A program made the position numbers and the translations under genes. A stretch of DNA of 64,000 nt from Carcharhinus amblyrhynchos. Lineage: Eukaryota. Below are positions 1 through 11,341 of the stretch, piece by piece (position 1 is the first letter of the stretch; each line of letters opens with the position of its first letter). The stretch covers positions 99,882,001 to 99,946,000 of the forward strand of contig OZ336870.1 of the NCBI GenBank assembly GCA_965287045.1. Direction: 5' to 3'. The notes beneath the pieces are model-generated. The model did no database searches and was not told where the DNA came from. It saw only the letters and a list, made by a program, of their open reading frames with translations.

Positions 1-3000
1 CTGTGTGCTGTCACCATAATTCTGCAAGGATGTGTCAGAAGACAGGAAAACACCAGGTCCTGGCATAAACTGCAGTTACAATGAGTCTTGTAAAGGTGAT
101 GCCAAAACCTGTCCCTTACAAAGTCAGTGGTATAAATGTACAAAAGCAAGAGGTTATCTATATCAGGTATTCCTCTGACCTCAGCCCTCAAATGGGGTCC
201 AGTAAAGTGCAACGATACCCATTGGACACCAGCCACCTCTATGGAGGAAGTGGGCTCATCTGGGGTGTGCAGGCCAGCATCAAATTGATGCATTCAATAA
301 TTGCTTTCAGAGCAATTGCTACCTTCCTCAGGGAGCACTGTAGCAAAATCAGGAAATATTGAAGAGGAAGAAGACACTTCCATCCCTCCTAGCCAGATCC
401 TAGATTCCAACATCACAATTTGCAGTCCTTTGAACAACGCAGGAGCTTTAGACCTGCTTCCAGTGATGAAAGCAGCTGCCTGAATATTCAAAGTAGATGA
501 CCTCCCCCAACCTCATATAATCCAATGGGGCATGCTCCTGGTGTACTTTCTGAGACCACTGGACTACAGATTGTTTGGGTCCTGATCTTTCTTCCAGATT
601 TCAAAGAGATCTTATTCCTGCGAGAGGCACTATCAGGCTCCTGGAATGCATATTTCTTCCTTCATGCAATTCACATTGTCCCAACATCTGTTACACTCTT
701 AATCTTACCAGTGAGGTGTGGGAAATAACTCACAAATGAAACACCGGCATTTGAAGAATTTCAAATCCATACCTACCAATGCTGATGGTTCATGAATGAC
801 ACAAATTGATGTATTTTTCATATAACCAGTAAGATACATCTAATATGCTGCTTCTACATAATTTAAAATTGTCTTTTTTCTATGATTAAATATAACGAGA
901 AAATGATCTAAAGTTAAAAATGTGCTTCACTTGTATTCTGCACATTATTAAGCTCTGTCATCAGATCTGCTTTAAAGGTGGAGAGTAAGAGAGTGAAATT
1001 TCTCTTGGTGAGAATTTGAGGAAGAAAGTCAGCACGTGCACAAACAGGAAATCCATTTTGTACACACCATTTGAAGTAAAATCACCCCAAAACGTTTCCC
1101 TTTAGGCGCTAGTCACCGTCAAATTACACTAATTTTAACCCAATCCACTGTGATCATTTCACTTGCTGTTACCAATGCAGAAGGTTTTATGCAGGTAGTG
1201 ACATTACAAGCAAATTCTCTATTCCACAATCAATGATGATGTCCTTTTATTCCGAACAATAGTTTTTGTGGCCGATTATTCTACGTGCAGTTTTTATTTA
1301 AGTTGATGAAACCAGACCACCCACATCATGCAAAAAATCAAGTTTTGAGTTCCTCCACCTCTCTCTCTCTCTGTCTGATGACTAGAAGGATCCCAAGTGG
1401 AAAGAGTTGGAGAATTCTCATCCATCTCCTAAACTGCCCACAATCCAGCAGTCTCACTCAATAGATGATCCAGGTGCAAAGTAGTGAGATTCACTCTGGT
1501 GTAGCAGAGGATCTTCTTCTAAGATTGGGGTTAAGGCAGCTTTTGCAGAAGGGTTGAGGAAGCTCTGATGCTCACTCTGGGCTTCATTTCCAAGCACTGA
1601 TAACCCTTATACTCTTAACTGGCAGAAAAACATTACTCAAAAAATTATGAATTGATCAGTCAAAAGGAGTTGGAGAAGATAGTGCAATCAGAAGAAATGA
1701 TGCCGAATGTTTATCTCCAGCTCAAATTTTCTGCATGTGGGGAAACATTGTTGCATGCAGCTAAGGAAAATAACAGCAAGAGTCATGCAGGTGACAACAA
1801 TCCATCAGGTGCAGATTATTGTAGTGTTCAAACGGCATCATGCAATGTAAAATTACAGTTCATTAAATATTGAATATAATTGGAACCATATACTGAAAAA
1901 AACAATTTATTTAAATACTTCCTGGTCTTGGCATTTAGGGTACATCATACTTTAAAATTAATCCGTATGCAGTTAGTGAAAACTGCCTTTGAAACAGAAT
2001 CTGACCTCTGTGCATCCCTATTTTAGTACATCATATTAAAGACAGGCCATGTGCAGAACATAAGGAGCGCTGCTCTGACCAGATGTATTAAGGTTTAACT
2101 GCAAATGGAACAACTGAGTAATTTGAGGGTAGGGTCAGCATGTTCTGAGCAAATGTGGGCATAAATAGAAGCCCATGATCCCACTCTACCTGTGTGAGAG
2201 GACAAATTGTTCTTTCAGCTACTTGCTCTGTTTATTTTTTAGGATATATGCAAAGGATTAAACCCAATTCTGCTCTCGCCTAGATTAATGCACAGATTAT
2301 GGGCACTACAATAGCATGGTGTCACATAAACTGCAAAGATGCTTATTGATGGATTAGGATTCAGCTCTCTAATAATGAACATTAGGGATATCATGTATAT
2401 TTTAGCTGCTTACCCTCAAGACACATTGTGTGCTGTTTATTGCCATTTTACATCATTTCTGCTGCTGATTCTGTAATTATGTCATTCATCTTGTTTGTTC
2501 TTTTATTTTAGTCCGGACGGCTAATGTGTTATACATTCTACTCCTGTCTAGTTCCTGGTGAACGTCCCATAATTGCATTATTTATCACACTTGGTTACAG
2601 TTTGTTTTGCCAGAGGTGAGGTGTGATAATCTGTATCAAACGATCAGTAAGCGTCATAGGATTGGGCACAAACAGGCTCCATTAAGCAGCAGCACTCCCA
2701 ATAAGTATGGCAAATGGGACAAAACTGGCTAATACCACATGTCAATGCAGCAGATAGATCATAATTGAATCATGTGGACAGCATATAGGAAAGAGCTAGT
2801 TGAATTGGGGACAGTTCAACTATGATAAAGCACAATTACGCTTCTGTGCAAGGTAATAGGAATGCAATTTTTAAACAGTAGATGATTTTTGGCACATCAA
2901 AAGGATGAGATCCAGTCACCTTTCAAAACTGAAGACTTGCTAAAGAAGAGCTGCTTGGCTTGATATTACCTACCTCACCATGATGATTTCAAAATAAGAG

Positions 3001-3655
3001 GGGGAAATGACAGTAGTGTCGGGAGGTGAGAGGGTGGGGGAGGGAGTTGGAAATCATGCACCTCATTTCCAAGGAACAAGCAGGTGACAGGAAGAAGAAA
3101 AAAATGATCCAAGTCTAACAGCTCGTGGGAAAGAGAAAAGGGGAGAAACAGACTGCGACTGACCTTTTTCCACCTCATTCAGATTAGCAGCTTGCAGTGA
3201 CAAGAGATAGAAGAAACAAGAGATTTTCTGAGTTTATTCTTTTTTAAATACAATATAATGCAGCAGAAAAAAATAGCAGCTCAGTAACTATCGAAGGCTT
3301 TCATTCATCCCTCTATATTTCTACTGTCCTGTTTGACTTGCCTGCCTTTTTTTAAAACACTTTTTTTTAAAATCAGAGTTGCACCTTGTGTCAGGGTCAG
3401 TGGCTCTATCCCTTATGAGGAATTGTCATGGTGTAATTCATTAACTGTTTTGCTTTTCATCATTTTAAATCCATTTCTCGCCCCCAATTTTCTCCCCTTT
3501 TTTTTCCTCATAGCACTGATTGTTGCTTGGATATGGTTCCGTGGAACTGATTACCCTACAGTACTCCAGCCAAGTGTCTGAGCAATGAGTATCAGTAGAT
3601 ATCTGACCGTGGAGGCCATCACATTTGAGCCTGATCCTGTTATTCCCCTAATATC

Positions 3656-3889
3656 CACTGTAAGAAGTCTCACAACACCAGGTTAAAGTCCAACAAGTTT
3701 ATTTTGGATCATGAGCTTTCGGAGCATTGCTCCTTCATCAAGTGAGTCTCACTGACCCTCACTCACCTGATGAAGGAGCAGTGCTCTGAAAGCTCATGAC
3801 TCCAAATAAATCGGTTGGACCTTAACCTGGTGTTGTGAGACTTCCTACTGTGCGTACCCCAGTCCAACACCAGCATCTCCACCTCATCA
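3656..3889. mobile_element. Penelope-like fold-back mini-element (family A) with hammerhead-like motif
   Basis: ~90-bp inverted arms (taagaagtctcacaacaccaggttaaagtccaac... and its reverse complement). The same sequence flanks the GIY-YIG remnant at 45650-46750. Flanked by the direct repeat ctaatatc (3648-3655, 3890-3897). Confidence 0.75.
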
Positions 3890-4234
3890 CTAATATCTGC
3901 ATGCCTGAGCTTTTCAGCAAGGTTTCTCTGAATCTAGAATCAGGAGCATTAGCTGATTTTTCCTCTTCCTTGTTTGGTGGAATTGAGGTGAACTGCAAAA
4001 GCACAACTGTCATTTGGATGAATGTGGATAACTAGCACAGACCATGAATCCAAATTAAGACTTTTCTGACCAGTATTTAGTCAGTAACACACTAGAGTGT
4101 GCATCTTCCCACTAAGCTATTAGAAGAGCCAACTTTCCTCATTTTAATGACTGGTTTATGAGGCACAACTGTAGGAAGCAGTCTAATCATTCCTCACTTG
4201 ACCAAGCTTCTTCATTGCTGTCATCAGACTTTTG

Positions 4235-4412
4235 AATGGTCCTATCATATATTAAGCTGATCTTTCTCTTCACCTTACCTGTAACTACAACATTACATTC
4301 TGCACCCTCTCCTTTCCTTCTCTGCGTATGGTATGTTTTGTCTGTACAACGAACAAGAAACAATACTTTTCACTGTATCCCAATCCATGTGACAATAATA
4401 AATCAAATCAAA
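4235..4412 (+). mobile_element. Probable Rex1/Babar-type LINE 3' end
   Basis: Ends cttttcactgtatcccaatccatgtgacaataataaatcaaatcaaa, the style of tail I recall from fish Rex/Babar elements. Not database-checked. Confidence 0.5.
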
Positions 4413-4904
4413 AGTTGTAGAAATAGTGTTGACAAACTCCAAAAGCTCGCCTTTAATAAACCAAGTCATTCAGAGTTCTTAGCAATTGTGTTTAAGCAGT
4501 GCTAGCCAATTATGGCACAGGCCAGTAAACAAAATTAACTGGCTTAATTAGTGGCAGGCATTGGTCATTTGGTTCTCTCTAGTTTCGTATGTTCACCAGA
4601 TGTCGAGAAATTCTACAATTAGTTGCCATTTCTTCATCTGTTGACAAAATCCCTTGTGTTGCAAAAATTAGTTGACGAAACATACAGAACAGGTTCAAGC
4701 TACTCCCCATTGACTCAGTAACACTGACACTACTGGCAATGTTCTTGAACCGCATGTTAATGGATGTCGAACAATAATCAGTATTAGTTTGTTACTCTCC
4801 CCCTTTACACAGCAATGTGGAAGTCCCACTGCACAGCAACATTTTTATTAAGAGATCAACAATTAACATAGCTGCAACTCCTTTGGGTTGAACAACAAAC
4901 CTGC

Positions 4905-5620
4905 TTTGACGTAATAAAAAAATCTCTTAAAGTGTTTCATGAGAGTTGCAGCAGACAATATTTATCACAAGCCTTACATAGAAAGATATTTAGACAGGTA
5001 ACCAAAAGCTTAGCCAAACAGCTAGGTTTTAAGGAGCAATCCAAAGGAGAAGAGAGTGGCAGTGTTTGAGAGGGTTAAGCAGGGAATTGCACATCTTAGA
5101 ACATCTGCAGAAAAAAAGCACTTCTACCAATGGTGGAGTGATTAAAATCGAGGATGTTCAAGGTGTTGGGGTTGAAAAATGCAGAGATCACAAGAAAGGA
5201 TACTGAGGCAGTGAATGGTAAGGCCATAGAGGGATTTGACACAAGGATAAGAACTTTTAAGTTGAAATGCTGTCAGACAAGGAGCTAATATAAGTCAGCA
5301 AGTACAGAGTGATGGGTGAACAGGATTTGGCGTGAGCTAAAATACAAACAGCTGAGTGTTGGGTGAGTTCAGGTTTATGGTAGCTGTGGGGGTGGGGTGG
5401 GAAGGTCGGTGGAAGTCAGCCAGGAGAGCACTGAACTAGTCATGTCCGAAGTTAACAAAAGTTAGCAGCAGGCTAAGATGAAGCACTGAGGAAATGGACA
5501 ATATTATAAGAGATGTAAGTAGGCTACATTTGTTTGGGGAAGGATATGAGGTCAGATGTTTAGCACAGTGTCAGATATGATGCTGAGGCTGCTAACAGCG
5601 CAAATCAGCCTTAGATATTA
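4905..5620 (-). mobile_element. Old, decayed L2-like LINE fragment
   Basis: Degenerate ggttttaaggag...gagagggtt...agggaatt pattern typical of reverse-oriented L2 3' regions. Similar sequence lies at 60715-61400. Confidence 0.4.
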
Positions 5621-5627
5621 GCTATGG

Positions 5628-5975
5628 TATGGAGATGCCGGCGTTGGACTGGGCTAAGCACAGTAAGAAGTCTCACAACACCAGATTAAAGTCCAACAGA
5701 TTTATTTGGTAGCACAAGCCACTAGCTTTCAGAGTGCTAGTCTTTCATCAGGTGAGTGGAAGTTCTGTTCACAAACAGGGCATATAAAGACACAAACTCA
5801 ATTTACAAAATAATGGTTGGGATGCGAGTCTTTGCAGGTAATCAAGTCTTAAAGGTACATACAATGTGAGTGGAGAGAGGGTTAAGCACAGGTTAAAGAG
5901 ACGTGTATTGTCTCCAGCCGGGACGGTTAGTGAGATTTTGCAAGCCCAGGCAAGTCATGGGGGTTACAGATAATA
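5628..5975 (-). mobile_element. Penelope-like terminal repeat (family A)
   Basis: Colinear with 45654-45995 (ggagatgccggcgttgga...caagtcatgggggttacagataat). Contains a hammerhead core on the minus strand at 5720-5754. Confidence 0.75.
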
Positions 5976-7414
5976 TAATGTTAGATGGTTAGGTAATGGA
6001 ACTTGTAGCATCAGATTGGATTAGAACATTTAGTGACATTAAATAATAAATTCTGACTTTGACCGACAGCGTAACTGAAATTTGAATTTAAAATTGGGCA
6101 AGATGTTTTACAGTCAGCTGAATCAATATTGTCCATTTTACATTAGCCCCACCAAGTGGAGGAACATAAAAACATAAGTAGCGGTTGAAATACACCATTC
6201 AGCCCTTTGAGCCTGTTCAACCATTTAATAGGAAGATGGCTGATATAACTCAACAACAAACGACAAGCTGTGTATATCACATTTTGAAATGTGGCCTCCT
6301 TAAAGGGTCTGACCTTCACAAAGAGTTGTTTAGCAAAAGTATTTCCCTTGTTGACAGCTACAGAATAACGTAAATATTCTGACACACTTCACTGCATCAC
6401 ATGCACATGATCCTTCTCAACTGAAAATAAAGTTATATCAACATTTCAACATGCACCTTTAGGTGCATACCTGTGTTCCTCAGATGCTATAACTGAAGTG
6501 TCCTCACTGGACTACTTGAAGTCAGCTAAGCCACTTCATTTTCTGTTGTACGGTTACACATGACATCCTGAAAGTGCCAGGGATAGAATATCAAGGCGCA
6601 TCAATAAAGGGCTATCAGTTGTCTGATAATATGAGTTTCTTGCATAGTGTGGGAGACTGCAAGTGGAAAATGGGATACTGAGTAGCCATTTTTTCTTCTA
6701 TTTTATTCAAAGTGATCTTGCCATATTAGATGGAAGCTAATTTATGGGATACGCCTCCTGGTGACCTTTGACATCAACTGCTCCAAAGTGTGCAGTTGGG
6801 GAAGATTATCTCCTTTACATAGTTTAGGTACTAGTGCACATTTTGGGTGCCTCATGTGGGAGGGGGAATCCCAATTCATCCAGGAAAATGTCCTCAGTAC
6901 CTTATTGTGTAAATGTTAAACATTGCTCAATTTTTGAGGGCCCTGGCCATGATCCAGAAAGGCCTCTAGACATTTGTCTGTAGGGTGGTATGTCACCCCT
7001 TGCTTGGCCTAGAGCCCAAGTTCACTCAAGTCAAAGACACTGAAACAGAGGGCCCTGGAATTTTCCTTCCTGACTACGCTCTCTCTAAGTTAAGTGCTTT
7101 TCTTTGGAGTTGCAACAGGTTTTGCCCTATACAAGACTCAGACGAAATTGAGGATCCTGTAACTTTACATCATGACCTATTTCTGATTTTTCTGGTCCTG
7201 TGGCAGAAATGTCCCAAGAGTGCCCTGGATTTTTGCTCTCACAGCCTGGGACCAGTGTGAAGGGTGTCACGGATAACTGCAATCTCAGGAGGATCCACTG
7301 GTCGATTCTGCCTTTTAATATAGCATTAATATGAAAACTTTGAGTTTTATCATAATTGAATGTATTTGCATGGAAGAATTATAATAACTTACTTGGTAAT
7401 ACAAAATTGAATAA

Positions 7415-8135
7415 CTGTTGAAGAGAGACATGCTGTCAAAGATTTTTGTCTTCCACTCATTAAGACAAAGGTAAGGATGCCAAATTTCAAATGATCACAA
7501 CAATTTAGACTTTGACTTTGATTGGCTGAGGCATTGCCATGGAGAAAGCAATGGAGAATGACAGGCTTTCCAACCTCCCGGGCAATTCAAAGAAGGCACA
7601 AGGCTTGAAAATATTCCTTTTGAGTGAAGAGACCAGGCCCCTGTACATGAATGTGTGTCACTTCTATCAAACATAAATTAACTACATTTGATTGACTATC
7701 TTAAATTAGATGCTACTGTGGCTGTTGACACACTCAGGATTGCTCAACAAATGCTGCCCAATTGTGGAATCATATCTAATGATGGTTTGTTTCGGGTTTT
7801 GCTAATGTGGGCTAGTTGAGTACAGTCTGCATTCTGCCTCTTATGAACAATTGAAGGAAAATGCTTCAAACAGCATGTTCCTTCAGTTGTTTTTGTAAAG
7901 GCAGCATATAGACCATAAGCCCATGCTTATAAAATCTAAAAGAAAACATCTACTGCTAGATATGGTTCAATGTTTGAACAGCGTTTGCTGAATTACCCTC
8001 AGTATGCTGATAGTTACACAAACAACCAATTTACAAAACTCATTTGTAATATGGCTCATTTATGCATGCTAAAGAAAATCATAGACAGGGACTTTCCTCT
8101 GCAAACAAAAAGAATATGGTCACACCTCATGCCTT
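7415..8135. mobile_element. Two oppositely oriented decayed Penelope-like endonuclease C-terminal remnants (family C)
   Basis: Minus strand ~7720-7780 reads IRYDSTIGQHLLSNPECVNS. Plus-strand ORF 7970-8212 reads FEQRLLNYPQYADSYTNNQF...NMAHLCML. Both resemble the SAIGQHLL(N)NP(E)CA..Y....F motif of PLE ORF ends. Confidence 0.5.
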
Positions 8136-8477
8136 TCTTAAATTACTCAGAAGCTGAGGGAGTCTATAGATTGCAATTGTTTTCTTCATGGCAACACATC
8201 ACCCAGAGTTGACTTATCAACCCATTAGCATCTTTTTCTCCTCTGGGAAAAACAGTTGTGATCATTTGAGATTTGGCATTCTTGCATCTGTCCTAATGAG
8301 TGAAAGACAGAAATCTTTGGCAATGTGACTCTTTTCAGCATAATTTACAATAGTTGCAATATTTCTGCACAAATGAATACTTAAGATAAATCTGGAAGTA
8401 ACATAACTGCTATTGTAAAAAAAAGTTGTTTTCACAATGTATCTCCACATTACTCAGTTCCAATTTGCTGTTATACT

Positions 8478-8763
8478 GCACAGTGGTTAGCACTGCTGTC
8501 TCACAGTGCCAGAGAGCTGGGTTCAATTCCTGGCTTGGGTCACTGTCTGTGTGGAGTCTGCACATTCTCCCCGTGTCCGCGTGGGTTTCCTCTGAGCGCT
8601 CAAGTTTCCTCCCACAGTCCGAAAGACGTGCTAGTTAGGTGCATTGGCCATGCTAAGTTCTCCCTCAGCATACCTGAACAGGCACTGGAGTGTGGCGACT
8701 AGGGGATTTTCACAGTAACTTCATTGCAGCGTTAATGTAAGCCTACTTTTGACACTAATAAAA
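8478..8763 (+). mobile_element. tRNA-derived V-SINE (HE1-like), alternative-tail subfamily
   Basis: Head gcacagtggttagcactgc...gggttcaattcc (A and B boxes), V core gtggagtctgcacattctccccgtgtc...gggtttcctc, tail ttttcacagtaacttcattgc...gacactaataaa. Confidence 0.85.
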
Positions 8764-10185
8764 TATAACTTTTAAAACTTCTAAACTTTTTACTTGGTGC
8801 ATTGTAAGTAAAACATTTTGATAATTCCAGTATAGAGGTCAAAACTGAAATCCTGACTTCAAACACCTGAAATCAGGGCAAATCTGAAAATTTCCATCAC
8901 TAAGCACACATTTGGGAATGCCAAACTACGAAACAAAGCAGGCAGCATTCCATATTATGCGTGCCTTCAGCTCTATTCCTTTTCAATCCACCATAAATCT
9001 GTGATATGTTTCTTGTGCTTATAAGAAACTGGATCATGGCATTCCAAAGAAAATACACAGAGATAAAGTAGAGTTCCGACACTGAAGTCTTTGTTCCTCT
9101 GTTTTTGTTTGTGGTTAATGCATGTGGCACAACTATCTCAAAGTAGTTTGTTGGCATCATCCTTTACTCTATTGAATTATTTCAAACTCTGCATCTTCAA
9201 TGGTAGAAGCCATCCAGCCATCTGCCTCTCAACTCTCCAGATGGCTCTGGCTCTATGAAGTCATATTTTTTTAAAAAAAGAACTTACTTTCTGCCAGTAA
9301 ACCAAGGACTAAATTATGACATTTCTTTCCCTAACTAATGTTTGTTAGACAGAGGCCAATTTTAATAAGTTCCTATTCAAACAACAAAGCAGGCAGAATA
9401 CAAATGGAATAAGCAACTAGAACACAGCTCACATTAGGTTTCAAAGTACATTCAAAAGAAACTTCCAAACAATGCAAAATTACTACCTTCAGGTTTAATC
9501 ATCTGTCAAATACTTCAGCACTTAGGAATTTAAAATCTAGAAATTACCGTTTGCAGTATCAGTGGCAGAACACTTCACCTATTATCCGAAAAGGAATGCT
9601 TTACAGTCACTTGTTAGCATTGCAAATAATAATTTTAGATGTAACATGTTAGTTTATGAACTAATGCATAGTTTTCTGACATACACATATGTTCCATTCT
9701 GCATTTTAAGTGTGGTAAACAGTCTTGGAATGTTCTAGGTTAAATATCTGGTCTAGGTTAAAATAGCTAACGTCAGCTGGGGTGGTGATAGACAGAGCTG
9801 CTACAACTGGCCTCACATGAAGAATATTCAGCGGTTGAGTTACTGAAGGGTTGCCACAGTTTGTGGAACCATATCCTGGCATGAGTCACTGACTTCAGGA
9901 AAGGATACGTACGGGGAGAAAATCAGATTGCAAAAACATGAGAAGTGATGTAAAAAAGTAAGCAATTCACATTTAAACAAAGGAAAACAGTCCACATCTG
10001 AAAAAGGGAAAGTGCTGGTTCATTTTAATATAATTTGTTTTGGAAAAGTAAAAGAGACACTGTAACCTTTGGCAAGTTTTTCATTGCACTTTTCTCATTG
10101 AAGGAAGCAGCTAATCTTACCCTTTAATATGCATCTATCTTAGTTTTGGATTAATGGGATTGCCACCACCTCCTTTTTCCCTTAC

Positions 10186-10325
10186 CTGTAAATTCAGGTG
10201 GACAGAGGCAAGTGTAATTGTTTATCCCATCAATGCAGGTGGAATTATTCTCACAATCGTTGTCCTCACAGTCATCAATGTTTACTGCGCAGAGCTCACC
10301 TTCGAAACCATCAGCACATGAGCAC
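10186..10325 (-). CDS. SLIT2: SLIT2 exon (~29), EGF repeats 2-3, 140 nt; the next exon was not found in the window
   Basis: tgtcag|...|gtaagg. Translates [46 protein letters not shown]. Confidence 0.96.
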
Positions 10326-11341
10326 CTGACAGAAAAGGATAATTGGCATTCAAATATGAGAAAGTACTAAATGGAGAGTAAGTGCAAGACACTTCAAAAC
10401 CATTTTAATTAAACAGACGGGCTTCCTGCATATTAGTCATTTCTGTTCACACACTTTACTACAAAAATAAATCTTCAGGATTAGTGGTCATCCAGTTAAT
10501 GCAGACACAGGTGAGTGACTTCACTGCAAGATTGTGTCAATCCTTGCCATGACCTTTTAAAACAGTGTCTAACCAACAGTCAACCAGTCTGCCACGAGGC
10601 TGAGATTATAAGATCTCACAATTTCCCATTTTGTTCTCCCCTCTATCCTCAGTCCCTTTTTGTTTCAGGTCTCCCTGCACAAGAAAATCATCACCTAAAC
10701 TTTGGCACTCCATGTGGTTTTCCCATAATGGTCCCATTTAATCAGCTTTGGAGATTTTATTTGACGTGGAGGCCTTGACAAAAATTTGTAAACTGTTATA
10801 ATACTTAAAAGTCTTTCCACTGATATTTTTGTTATCATATTTTAAAGAATGAACACTGCTAATATCATACGTGAGGAGGAGTTACTGATTGAGGGAGTAA
10901 GGTACAGATACAGTGGATTATCCACAGTGCCTCAGAGATCTTATTTCCTTACCTAATGTATATTAGTGCATCCCCTTGCATTGCTAGGATCAGCAATCTG
11001 TCCAAACTAGTATCTCCAATAATGTAATCAGTTTTATTACATATATAAAGCTGTTCCAAAATGTGTGGTGATGTAGTATGCTGCCATTTCAAAGCACTGC
11101 CACAAAATGGTGAGAAATCGACTTGTATCCATGCCCCTTGCAACTTTGGAGAAGAACCAAGTAAAGGTCAATCACTTCCCCACAGACGTGAGTTTATGTC
11201 ACCCACTTTCAGGGCAACTGCTTTTACAGCAGGAACCTGGCCAAGACAAGCTGAAAGTTTGAGTTCACCTTGGAGACAGTTTCACCGCCAAAGAGGGAGC
11301 TCTACCACTTCAACATCACCAGAGATAATTTATATTTGGGA

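Noticed and set aside
8478-8535. tRNA genes suggested by A/B-box-like sequences here and at the other SINE heads
   Set aside because: They continue into the V-SINE or DeuSINE bodies and lack a complete cloverleaf.
1-10185. Next SLIT2 exon (GELCEEKLDFC...)
   Set aside because: Searched the minus strand by eye and found no match. It presumably lies beyond the window edge, implying an intron longer than 10 kb.
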